Source of the DNA: an uncultured Bacilli bacterium
GTDB taxonomy: Bacteria > Bacillota_I > Bacilli_A > RF39 > UBA660
Direction of reading: 5' to 3'
NCBI GenBank assembly: GCA_934182615.1
Contig: CAKPRO010000010.1
Span: forward strand, 2,494 to 66,493
DNA length: 64,000 nt
Shown here: piece by piece, positions 1-7,688 of the stretch
Position numbering within the stretch: position 1 is the first letter of the stretch
Layout of the letters: every line of letters begins with the position of its first letter
Notes under the pieces: model-generated
The model's database searches: none
Told to the model about the DNA's origin: nothing
Seen by the model: the letters and a program-made list of their open reading frames with translations, nothing else
Position numbers and translations under genes: made by a program

Positions 1-108
1 TACTCTTGTTGAATCTGCAAATACTTTGAATAATTCTGCTATATCAATAATTGTATCTTCTTCAAGTAATTCTTTTTGTATTTTATTTATATCTACATTA
101 TCTATCAT
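1..108 (-). CDS. ArsR/SmtB-family HTH regulator, N-terminal fragment (gene runs off the left edge)
   Basis: ATG at 108 (minus) lies 6 nt after AGGAGA. It reads MIDNVDINKIQKELLEEDTIIDIAELFKVFADSTRV; ELFKxxxDxTR is the start of an ArsR-type HTH. Absent from the ORF track because there is no stop in the window. Confidence 0.5.
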   Translation of the reverse strand, partial: MIDNVDINKIQKELLEEDTIIDIAELFKVFADSTRV

Positions 109-269
109 ATTATTTCTCCTTATTATATATGAACATATATTCATATATTTAAATAATATCACTGTTACTAAAAGATGTCAATATGTTTATATTATTTTTT
201 ATCAACTATATTTATTATATATAAGTTAATTATTATGTACTGTGATTATTCTAAGAAGAAACAATTTTA

Positions 270-353
270 GTTTTGAGATGACAAGCTCAAAACTTTTTTC
301 TAATGACCTTAGGCATTAGAAAACGGCGAACAACATAGTGTGAGACGATACTG
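270..353 (+). repeat. Hairpin-repeat family copy 1 (two stem-loops plus conserved tail)
   Basis: Stem-loops gttttgag-atgacaag-ctcaaaac (270-293) and ctaatGACcttaGGcattag (300-319), then tail gaacaacatagtgtga (328-343). Abuts the stop of the minus-strand vanY-like gene. Confidence 0.6.
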
Positions 354-362
354 AAAAAGAAT

Positions 363-920
363 CTATTTAATAGACTCTTTATCTTTATATTCTTCTAGTG
401 TTAGGTTATTGTTATAGATATTACTAGCTATATTTCCTACATATCTTAAATGCCATGGTTCATAACTATATTTGGTTATATCTTCTTTTCCTTCGGGATA
501 TCTTATGATAAAACCATATCTATGACTATTTTGATGTATCCATTTAGTTTCTATTTTATCTTCAACATCATGTTCTATATAACATTTTCCATCTTTATAT
601 ATACAAAAATCTAAAGCTAATCCTGTTTGATGTTCACTCTTACCAGGAGATGCTATTCTTGTTATGGCATAGGTAAATCCTTTTTCTTCTAGTAATTTAT
701 TATATATTTTTTCTTGATAATCATAGTCTCGATAACCACTTACTATATCAATATGATATCCATATCTTAAGGCTTCTCTTTTTAGTTCTTGAAATGCTTC
801 TAGGGCTTTATTATCTAGTAATATGTTTTCTTTATATTCACTATGAGCATTTTCTAATGTATTTGGTATATATGCTCTTGGCAGGGGATTATCTTTATTT
901 ACTAAAATACTATAATCCAT
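363..920 (-). CDS. D-alanyl-D-alanine carboxypeptidase, VanY / peptidase M15B family
   Basis: Motifs SGYRDYDYQ, HQTGLALD and EPWHLRYVG are typical of VanY-type zinc peptidases. RBS AGGAGG precedes the ATG. Confidence 0.85.
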   Translation of the reverse strand: MDYSILVNKDNPLPRAYIPNTLENAHSEYKENILLDNKALEAFQELKREALRYGYHIDIVSGYRDYDYQEKIYNKLLEEKGFTYAITRIASPGKSEHQTGLALDFCIYKDGKCYIEHDVEDKIETKWIHQNSHRYGFIIRYPEGKEDITKYSYEPWHLRYVGNIASNIYNNNLTLEEYKDKESIK

Positions 921-965
921 AGATACCTCCTACTGTATTATATGTTATAAAAAAAGAAATAGATA

Positions 966-1283
966 CTATTTTAATTTATCTATATCTTTCTTTACTTTAT
1001 TTATTTTGGTATTTAGAGTAGTTATTTTATCTTCTAAGTCTTGTTTTTGTTTTTCCAGATTTTGATTATTTTCTTTGATTAATTCATAATTTTCTTTAAT
1101 GTTTTTTAGATCTTCTATCTCTTCAGTTAATTCTTGATGTTCTTTTAGGTAGTTATTTAATTCTTTATTTTTGTTACTTAAATTTATTTTTTGATATAGG
1201 GTATATACTAGAAGACTAAATATTATTAGGGTTATAATTATGATGATAGGTGGTAATATTTTGTTTACTTTTTTCTTTCTCAT
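966..1283 (-). CDS. Membrane-anchored coiled-coil protein, function unknown
   Basis: N-terminal TM segment (ILPPIIIIITLIIFSLLVYTLY) followed by a heptad-like K/E/L/N-rich region. Its start overlaps the stop of the upstream gene (ATGA). Confidence 0.5.
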   Translation of the reverse strand: MRKKKVNKILPPIIIIITLIIFSLLVYTLYQKINLSNKNKELNNYLKEHQELTEEIEDLKNIKENYELIKENNQNLEKQKQDLEDKITTLNTKINKVKKDIDKLK

Positions 1284-2236
1284 TAGTAATATAACGCCTT
1301 CTTTCCATAATAGTTATATCTTTCTTTGAAGATACTTTTTGATTGGTATTTGGCTTTACCATTTATTGGGTCTGATATTATGACTTTATCTTCGGTATAG
1401 CCTATTATTACTACAGCATGCTCATTGGCCTTCCAGTAAATTGTTTCTCCTGTTGGTTCATATATCCAAGACTGTGATATATATGGGACTACTAGTGACA
1501 TGGAGGTCCACACCATAACTGGTTTGCCGGTTTTTACTACTTCTAGTATTTTTTCAAAACTGGTTCCTGTTGCTATTTTGATACCACTTTTATATTGGTT
1601 AGCAACATTAGCAATTGGTTTTTCATATACTCCATATCCATTTAAACTATATGGGTTACCTATAAACTCTACTTCAGGATTGCCTCCATATAGTTTACCA
1701 TCTTTGGTTATAGGAACACTTCCCTTTGGTAATTTGTTTATGATATCATCTGGTGTTACTGCTACTCCATAGTAATTTAGAAGAATGGTTATGGCTACTG
1801 ACTCACAACCGGTTGGGTAGTTAGGATACTGATTGATAAAGGGTACATTTGAAATATAGAAACTATTTTTTTCAGCATTTTCTTTGACTAGCTTATAGTA
1901 TTCTTTTTGAAGACTTGATAGTTTATCTTCTAAATCTATGATGGTATTTTCTAGTGATGTTATATTGTCTTCAAGATCTTTTGAGATTGTTTTTTGACTA
2001 GTCATTATTTCTTCTATATCTTCATCACTGAAGGTAGAGACTGCGAGTAAATTGGATACTGAGGTATTTAAGTCTTCTTTTTCTTCTTTTAAAGTACTTA
2101 TATTTTTCTTATCTTTTAGGTCTTCTTGTAATATCTTATTTGATGCTTTTAGTGATGCTATATCGTTATTTAGTATTAGTATTTCTGATATCATTAATAG
2201 TAATACTATGGTAAAACCTAGTAGTGTTTTTTTCAT
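1283..2236 (-). CDS. C39-like cysteine peptidase (Peptidase_C39_2 / YvpB-like) with N-terminal TM and coiled coil
   Basis: YPTGCESVAITILLNYYG supplies the catalytic Cys and NEHAVVIIGY the His. N-terminal signal-anchor plus about 100 aa of coiled coil. Confidence 0.7.
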   Translation of the reverse strand: MKKTLLGFTIVLLLMISEILILNNDIASLKASNKILQEDLKDKKNISTLKEEKEDLNTSVSNLLAVSTFSDEDIEEIMTSQKTISKDLEDNITSLENTIIDLEDKLSSLQKEYYKLVKENAEKNSFYISNVPFINQYPNYPTGCESVAITILLNYYGVAVTPDDIINKLPKGSVPITKDGKLYGGNPEVEFIGNPYSLNGYGVYEKPIANVANQYKSGIKIATGTSFEKILEVVKTGKPVMVWTSMSLVVPYISQSWIYEPTGETIYWKANEHAVVIIGYTEDKVIISDPINGKAKYQSKSIFKERYNYYGKKALYY

Positions 2237-2256
2237 AACTACTCCTCTTTTCTTTT

Positions 2257-4338
2257 TTATAATTTGGTTATGTTTGGATGGCCTTTCATTAGTTTTCTTA
2301 TACCAAATGGATGTGGAAAGGCTACGGTTATGATGGATTTATCAACACTTATTACTATTCCTTCACCAAACTCGGTATGAGAGATATGTTCTCCTACTTC
2401 GTAAGTGGCATTTTTGTCGACAGTCTTTCTTACTTTAGTTATTATTTTTTCTAGTTTTTTTGGTCTTTCTTTATCGATATATTCTTTATCTATTTCATCA
2501 ATAAATCTACTAGGTTGATTTCTCATTGGATTACCAAATAACATTCTGGTATCTGCTGATGTTATATATAATTCTTTTTTGGCTCTTGTTATAGCGACAT
2601 AACATAGTCTTCTTTCTTCTTCAATAGCGGAATTACTTCCATCATTAATAGCATTATAGTGAGGGAATATTCCTTCTTCCATACCAACAATGAAGACATA
2701 ATCAAATTCTAGTCCTTTAACAGAATGGACTGTCATTAGGCTTACTCTATTTGAACTATCTTGGTGTTCAGACATGTCACTTACTAATGAGATTTCATCT
2801 AGGAAGTCTCCAAGGGATGCTGTTCCGTATTCTTCTTCATAACTTTTGGTTACGCCTTTGAACTCGTTTAAGTTCTCTAGCCTTATTTCATCTTCGAGTA
2901 ATTTGGATGTTGATAGTTCTTTTTTGATGCCTGTTTTTTCTAAAATTTCATCTATTAATTCAGTTAGTGATAATGATTCACTAGCTTTGGTTAGGTCTTC
3001 GATTAGGTTTTTGAACTCTAGTTCTTTTCCTTTACTTATTGTTTCATATAGAGATAATTCTCTAGTTGTTGCTTCTTCAGTTAGAGTCTCAATTGTTTTA
3101 TCTCCGATTCCTCTTCTTGGAGTATTTATTACTCTAAGCAAACTTACATCATCTTTATGATTATTTATTAATCTTAAGTAACATAATAGGTCTTTTATTT
3201 CTTTTCGGTTATAGAAGTAGAAACTTCCTACGACTCTATATTTGATATTTTTCTTTAGCATTTCTTCTTCGATAACACGAGACTGGGCATTAGTACGATA
3301 TAATACAGCGATATCTTCTTCGTTTACACCTTCACTTAGTAGTCTTTTTATTTCGGTTCCGACGAATGATGCTTCTTCTTTTTCATTTGCTACTTCTTTA
3401 TATTTTATTTTATTACCAACAGCATTATTACTCCATAGGTTTTTATCTTTTCTTTCATGGTTATTTTTGATTACGCTATTAGCGGCATTTAAGATTGTTT
3501 TGGTTGAACGATAGTTTTCTTCAAGTAGGATTGTTTTAGCCTCAGGATAATCTTTTTCGAAGTTTAGGATATTCTTGTAGTTGGCTCCTCTAAAGGCATA
3601 TATTGCTTGATCATTATCTCCTACTACGAAGATATTTCGATACTTTGCTGATAGTAATTTACTAAAGGTATATTGGGCTTCATTGGTATCTTGATACTCA
3701 TCTATTAGGATGTATTTATATCTATCTTGATATTCTTCTAATACACGAGGATAGTTTCTGAATAGTTTTATTGGTAGTATTAGTAAGTCATCAAAATCTA
3801 CGGAATTACCATTTTTTAGTTTTTGCTGATATTCTTTATATACTTCGACTACTTTGTGATCAAACTCTACTTTAGCAAATGAATCTATACTCATCATTTC
3901 ATTTTTAGCAGAACTTATTTTATTTTTTATTTCTCTTGGGTTATATCTATCTTTAGACATATTTTTATCTTTTAATATTTTCTTTATGATTGTTAGGACA
4001 TCATCGCTATCTATAATAGTAAAGTTTTTTTCATAGCCTAACATACTATAGTTTTCTTTTAATATTTTTAGGCCTAAGGAATGGAATGTTGATATTTGAA
4101 TATTATAGGCTTCTTTTCCTATTAATCTTACTACTCTATCTTTCATTTCTTTAGCGGCTTTATTAGTAAATGTTATAGCTAATATGTTATATGGACTTAT
4201 ACCATTTTCGATTAGATTTGCTATTCTATTTGTTAATACTTTGGTTTTTCCTGAACCTGCTCCCGCTAAAACAAGCATTGGTCCATCTATATGATTAACG
4301 GCTTTTTGTTGTTCTTTATTTAATTCTTGTATTTGCAT
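2257..4338 (-). CDS. pcrA: ATP-dependent DNA helicase PcrA (UvrD family)
   Basis: Walker A AGAGSGKT, DEYQDT, and a full set of SF1 helicase motifs across 693 aa. RBS GTGAGG. Confidence 0.95.
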   Translation of the reverse strand: MQIQELNKEQQKAVNHIDGPMLVLAGAGSGKTKVLTNRIANLIENGISPYNILAITFTNKAAKEMKDRVVRLIGKEAYNIQISTFHSLGLKILKENYSMLGYEKNFTIIDSDDVLTIIKKILKDKNMSKDRYNPREIKNKISSAKNEMMSIDSFAKVEFDHKVVEVYKEYQQKLKNGNSVDFDDLLILPIKLFRNYPRVLEEYQDRYKYILIDEYQDTNEAQYTFSKLLSAKYRNIFVVGDNDQAIYAFRGANYKNILNFEKDYPEAKTILLEENYRSTKTILNAANSVIKNNHERKDKNLWSNNAVGNKIKYKEVANEKEEASFVGTEIKRLLSEGVNEEDIAVLYRTNAQSRVIEEEMLKKNIKYRVVGSFYFYNRKEIKDLLCYLRLINNHKDDVSLLRVINTPRRGIGDKTIETLTEEATTRELSLYETISKGKELEFKNLIEDLTKASESLSLTELIDEILEKTGIKKELSTSKLLEDEIRLENLNEFKGVTKSYEEEYGTASLGDFLDEISLVSDMSEHQDSSNRVSLMTVHSVKGLEFDYVFIVGMEEGIFPHYNAINDGSNSAIEEERRLCYVAITRAKKELYITSADTRMLFGNPMRNQPSRFIDEIDKEYIDKERPKKLEKIITKVRKTVDKNATYEVGEHISHTEFGEGIVISVDKSIITVAFPHPFGIRKLMKGHPNITKL

Positions 4339-4420
4339 CTTGTTACCTCACTTTTCTCTATTTCATTGTATCATATTTTAGAGATATTATAAAGGGTAAG
4401 ATATTTATTTTGTTATTTTT

Positions 4421-4510
4421 TGTCACTTTAAGTCTTGAGTCTTAAAGTGCTATTTAAAGCCAATATTTTTATTGTCTTTAAATAGGATATCAGCCATATT
4501 TATTATAGAG
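4421..4510. repeat. Two-hairpin structured element, copy A
   Basis: Hairpin 1 is 4424-4449 (cactttaag/cttaaagtg) and hairpin 2 is 4450-4485 (ctatttaaag/ctttaaatag), with conserved loop ccaatattt-N-tattgt. A paralogous copy lies at 8811-8906. Confidence 0.55.
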
Positions 4511-4538
4511 TAGTTATGGTTATATAATTTTTATTGGT

Positions 4539-4567
4539 TTGACAAAAGTATATATTTATGCTATTAT
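4539..4567 (+). promoter_or_regulatory. Sigma-A type promoter (TTGACA-17-TATTAT) for a short plus-strand RNA
   Basis: TTGACA at 4539-4544, a 17-nt spacer, TATTAT at 4562-4567. No ORF follows; an intrinsic terminator lies about 85 nt downstream. Confidence 0.45.
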
Positions 4568-4573
4568 TAGTAT

Positions 4574-4690
4574 GTAAGCAAGGAAACTTGCATAAAATAA
4601 AAATAGGAAATATTCAATAGTCACAATTGAGTGTTGCCAATAATTTGGTTTCACCTGACTTAAAGCATTAAGTTAGGTGATTTTCTTTTT
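4574..4690 (+). ncRNA. Candidate small RNA (putative type I antitoxin), about 115 nt
   Basis: Bounded by the promoter at 4539-4567 and the terminator at 4651-4690. Contains a gcaag-GAAA-cttgc hairpin and is convergent with the 27-aa peptide gene, overlapping its 3' end. Confidence 0.35.
4651..4690 (+). terminator. Rho-independent terminator
   Basis: 12-bp stem tcacctgactta/taagttaggtga (one G-U pair) followed by ttttcttttt. Confidence 0.6.
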
Positions 4691-4772
4691 AATTAAATGT
4701 TTTAAATAACAATATAATCAAAAGGAAGATTGTCATAGTTTGAAAGAAAATTAAAAAATCTTTCTTGCTCAT
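4689..4772 (-). CDS. 27-aa hydrophobic peptide, candidate type I toxin
   Basis: ATG at 4772 lies 7 nt after GGGAGG (aaggaagggaggcgatattATG). Reads MSKKDFLIFFQTMTIFLLIILLFKTFN: charged N-terminus, one TM helix, polar C-terminus. Too short for the ORF track. Confidence 0.4.
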   Translation of the reverse strand: MSKKDFLIFFQTMTIFLLIILLFKTFN

Positions 4773-4839
4773 AATATCGCCTCCCTTCCTTAATAGAAGT
4801 TCGGCAAGCACCCAACTTATTTGAATATCTCCTAATACA

Positions 4840-4848
4840 ATTATAACA
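4840..4848 (-). promoter_or_regulatory. Extended -10 (TGTTATAAT) candidate promoter for the 27-aa peptide gene
   Basis: The minus strand reads tgttataat about 60 nt upstream of the peptide ATG. Confidence 0.3.
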
Positions 4849-4860
4849 TTTTTTATATCT

Positions 4861-4895
4861 TAAAAACAAGCGAACACCTTAATATTTATGGTGTT
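4861..4895. terminator. Hairpin with flanking T/A runs, possible bidirectional terminator
   Basis: Stem aacacc (4873-4878) / ggtgtt (4890-4895). T-rich on the plus side (ttctttaat), and gttttta follows on the minus side. Confidence 0.35.
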
Positions 4896-4935
4896 TTCTT
4901 TAATATTTACTATAACTTTACAAACAATGTAAATA

Positions 4936-5020
4936 ATTCATAGACTTCTACTGATGGCTATGAATTACTATAGAAAGACATTAGGCTTTCTATAGCAGTG
5001 AACAACGAAGTGTGAACTTT
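4936..5020 (+). repeat. Hairpin-repeat family copy 2
   Basis: attcatAGACttctactgatGGCTatgaat (4936-4965) and ctatagaAAGACattaGGCTTtctatag (4968-4995), then tail gaacaacgaagtgtga (5000-5015). Abuts the stop of the minus-strand amidase gene. Confidence 0.6.
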
Positions 5021-5033
5021 AAAAAAGAAGGAT

Positions 5034-5945
5034 TTATTTTTTCCTTCTTTTAAATATTTTTACTAGTAATTTTATTATTTTATCTATAAACCATAGCAAT
5101 GGATTTTGTCTCTCTAATTCTTTATCTAAGTCATTATTATTTTTATCTTTATTATCATTATTTTCTTTATTATTATCTTCTTTTTCTGGCTCTTTAGTTG
5201 TCTCTTTATTATCTTCTTTTAGTTCTTCTACTGGTGGTTTAGTAGTTGTAAACTTACTATAATTATTAGTCCATGCTGCATCATAATACGTATTTTCTGT
5301 TCCTAATGCCATATATAATCCTTTGTTATAGTGGTATTTTTTTACTATTGACTCAGCATTTTTAGTTAGTAACATTTGCTTTCCACCATAACCTGCTGTT
5401 TCAGTTAGGTAGATATCTTCAGTGTTATATATCTTTGTTCCTACAATGAAAGGTCTGGCTCTAGTTTCTGATAGTTTTTCATTTATCATATTTAGAAATC
5501 TATCCCACCCCATATCTAGTGTTCTATGAGGACAATATTTATTAGTGTAATCCTGGTGTTTTGTTACTTTATCGATATCCCAATTATATCTATTTAATAT
5601 GTCTACGATTAGATCAACTGCATTCTGTTCGGCTTTAATAAATCGGTCTCCTCCTGATAGTGAATAGCATATTTCAATGGCTATTCCTTCTCTATTTCCT
5701 TTACCATTTCCGTCACTGGCGTGCCAACCATTTCTATTTTCAGGCAAGCCTTGAACTATTTCTTTATCATCTACAGCATAATGAAATGATGTTTCATAGT
5801 CATTATTTGTCATATAACTTATTTCATTTCGAGCAGGAGCGTCGTTAGCGGTATTATGTACTACTATTCTAGTTGGGGTCATTTCATAAGGGCATTTTAG
5901 GTAGTATCTACTCTCTGGTACTATCTTCTTTATTATGTTTACCAT
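5034..5945 (-). CDS. N-acetylmuramoyl-L-alanine amidase (Amidase_2 / PGRP type), phage-endolysin-like
   Basis: N-terminus MVNIIKKIVPESRY...TPTRIVVHNTAN...WHASDG...CPHR resembles XlyA/CwlA-type endolysins. The central region is SH3b-like, followed by a low-complexity K/E/N/D linker and a cationic amphipathic C-terminal helix. Confidence 0.85.
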   Translation of the reverse strand: MVNIIKKIVPESRYYLKCPYEMTPTRIVVHNTANDAPARNEISYMTNNDYETSFHYAVDDKEIVQGLPENRNGWHASDGNGKGNREGIAIEICYSLSGGDRFIKAEQNAVDLIVDILNRYNWDIDKVTKHQDYTNKYCPHRTLDMGWDRFLNMINEKLSETRARPFIVGTKIYNTEDIYLTETAGYGGKQMLLTKNAESIVKKYHYNKGLYMALGTENTYYDAAWTNNYSKFTTTKPPVEELKEDNKETTKEPEKEDNNKENNDNKDKNNNDLDKELERQNPLLWFIDKIIKLLVKIFKRRKK

Positions 5946-6213
5946 TATTTCCCTCCTTTATTAATTTTTCTATATTATGAATAAGATTATATCCTGTTTC
6001 GGCGAATAGTCCACTTAAGGTTATGGCTAAATTGAAGTCTTTGGTTATTATAAAATAGAATATTGATACTGATAGTCCAATTACTATGTTTTGTATTATT
6101 ATTAGATTGTTATTTACATAAGGACATTTTTTAGAAATAAAACCAAGTATCCATGTTAATGTCATAGTAAGTAGGGTTATTACTAGTTCGGTATTTTGAT
6201 TTATGAATTCCAT
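5908..6213 (-). CDS. Putative phage-type holin
   Basis: 101 aa with 2-3 TM helices and a charged C-terminal tail (KEGNNGKHNKEDSTRE). Overlaps the amidase start. The start was moved to ATG 6213, because the track's GTG lies inside the RBS AGGTGA. Confidence 0.55.
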   Translation of the reverse strand: MEFINQNTELVITLLTMTLTWILGFISKKCPYVNNNLIIIQNIVIGLSVSIFYFIITKDFNLAITLSGLFAETGYNLIHNIEKLIKEGNNGKHNKEDSTRE

Positions 6214-6241
6214 GTTTTTCACCTCTATTCATAATCACTTT

Positions 6242-6270
6242 ATTTTATGTGAAATTATTTTTTGTTGTAA
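6242..6270 (-). promoter_or_regulatory. Candidate promoter of the holin-amidase cassette (TTACAA-17-TAAAAT)
   Basis: On the minus strand, TTACAA is at 6270-6265, followed by a 17-nt spacer and TAAAAT at 6247-6242. It lies downstream of the tsaD terminator. Confidence 0.3.
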
Positions 6271-6290
6271 TAGAGATTGTCCTTAGAAAT

Positions 6291-6316
6291 AAAAAAAAGA
6301 TTATATTTCTATAATC
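6291..6316 (-). terminator. Rho-independent terminator of tsaD
   Basis: Stem gattata/tataatc (6299-6316) directly after the tsaD stop, followed on the minus strand by an 8-T run (plus-strand A run 6291-6298). Confidence 0.6.
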
Positions 6317-6317
6317 C

Positions 6318-7334
6318 TTATTTCCACTCTTTATATATGGTGTCTGTTGCCATAGCATTTAATGTTAGATCAGCAAAGATATTTTTTTGATAGGCAAAGT
6401 ATGCAGCAGCGGCGATCATGGTAGCATTATCTGTACAGTATTTTAGTTCGGGGAATGAGAGATGGATGTTTTCTTTTTGACATTCTTCGGTTAGTTTTTC
6501 TCTTAAGCCCGCGTTAGCAGATACACCACCCGCTACGACAAGATTTGATACTTTATATTCTTTTATAGCTTTCATTGTTTTCTTTGTTATTATTCCTACG
6601 ACTCTATTTTGGAATGTCGTACATAAATTTTCTTTGTTTATGGTGTTTCCTCTTTGTTCTTCGTTATGTACAAGATTTATGACAGCGGATTTGATACCAC
6701 TAAAACTAAAGTTATAGGTACTATTGTCTAGAGGATATGGTAAGTTATAGGTATCTTTTCCTAGGTGGGCTAGTTTATCTACTTTTGGTCCTCCTGGATA
6801 TTCGAGACCTAATACTTTGGCTACTTTATCATAACATTCTCCAACAGCATCATCTAGTGTTCCTCCTATTTTGGTAAAGGAATAGTCTTCTTTCATATAG
6901 ATTAGTTCGGTATGTCCTCCACTTACTACTAAGGCTATTAGAGGGAATGTTAATCTTTCTTTTAGGTTATTGGCATAGATGTGTCCTATGATATGATGAA
7001 CTGGTATTAATGGTTTTCCTGTTACTAAAGAAATTGTTTTAGCGGCTTGTACTCCTATTAAAAGACTACCTATTAGTCCTGGTCCATATGTTACTCCGAT
7101 AGCGGTTATGTCTTCTAGTTTCATATTTGCTTTAGATAGAAGTTCTTCTAAAACAATTGTTATGTTTTCGATATGATTACGGCTAGCTATTTCAGGGACT
7201 ACTCCTCCATAATTTTTATGAATATCTATTTGACTTAGCACAATAGTGGCTATTTCTTCACTACCATTTTTAACAATACTCATACTTGTTTCATCACAAC
7301 TTGATTCTATTCCTAATATATATACATCTTTCAT
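6318..7334 (-). CDS. tsaD: tRNA N6-threonylcarbamoyladenosine synthase TsaD (Kae1/Gcp)
   Basis: GIESSCDETS, HHIIGH and VSGGHT motifs; last gene of a tsaE-tsaB-rimI-tsaD array. Confidence 0.95.
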   Translation of the reverse strand: MKDVYILGIESSCDETSMSIVKNGSEEIATIVLSQIDIHKNYGGVVPEIASRNHIENITIVLEELLSKANMKLEDITAIGVTYGPGLIGSLLIGVQAAKTISLVTGKPLIPVHHIIGHIYANNLKERLTFPLIALVVSGGHTELIYMKEDYSFTKIGGTLDDAVGECYDKVAKVLGLEYPGGPKVDKLAHLGKDTYNLPYPLDNSTYNFSFSGIKSAVINLVHNEEQRGNTINKENLCTTFQNRVVGIITKKTMKAIKEYKVSNLVVAGGVSANAGLREKLTEECQKENIHLSFPELKYCTDNATMIAAAAYFAYQKNIFADLTLNAMATDTIYKEWK

Positions 7335-7688
7335 TTACATCACCTGTTTTTCCATTAGTATAGCATCTTCATCTCCATAATAGAATTTTCTTAGGGCTAC
7401 TTCTCTAAAGCCAAACTTTCTATAGAGATTTCTGGCTATTTCATTACTTACTCTTACTTCTAGAGTTATATTTACGACATGTTTTTCAATGGCTATACTT
7501 ATTAATCTACTCATTAATTTGTTTCCTATTTTTTGACCACGATACTCTGGCTCAACAAGAACATTATCTATTTCCATACGGTCATAAATAAGGGAATATT
7601 TTAGATAACCTAATACTTTATCTTCTTCAATATATTCTATATATTTTACATATGGACTTGGGTCATCTTTGATTACTTCTCTTAACAT
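7335..7688 (-). CDS. rimI: Ribosomal-protein-alanine N-acetyltransferase RimI (GNAT)
   Basis: GNAT core VEPEYRGQKIGNKLM; canonical position between tsaB and tsaD. Confidence 0.8.
   Translation of the reverse strand: MLREVIKDDPSPYVKYIEYIEEDKVLGYLKYSLIYDRMEIDNVLVEPEYRGQKIGNKLMSRLISIAIEKHVVNITLEVRVSNEIARNLYRKFGFREVALRKFYYGDEDAILMEKQVM

Noticed and set aside
26-229. 67-aa plus-strand ORF at the left edge
   Set aside because: It overlaps the ArsR-like gene start in antisense and then runs through an AT-rich promoter region. It has no RBS and an Ile/Leu/Ser/Tyr-rich translation.
1500-3514. Plus-strand ORFs 1500-1772, 2052-2333, 2846-3160 and 3242-3514
   Set aside because: They are antisense to the C39-like peptidase gene and pcrA, with no RBS and no motifs. 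The same reasoning rejects the remaining left-arm antisense ORFs in the track: 5660-5848, 8270-8488, 8627-8821, 12093-12308, 12523-12705, 13792-13992, 15286-15492, 16041-16247, 22395-22583, 24456-24647, 24708-24950, 25185-25412, 25501-25818, 27030-27239, 27726-27920, 28496-28681, 29644-29838 and 32965-33237.
4339-5033. The 695-bp gene-poor spacer, examined for tRNA, tmRNA, RNase P RNA, 6S RNA or a riboswitch
   Set aside because: No cloverleaf or conserved cores of these RNAs were recognised. The spacer is instead explained by the two-hairpin element, the candidate sRNA/peptide pair, a hairpin and a hairpin-repeat copy.
5034-6222. Possible prophage, suggested by the holin and endolysin
   Set aside because: No other phage genes, integrase or att-like repeats flank the cassette within the window, so I did not annotate a mobile element.
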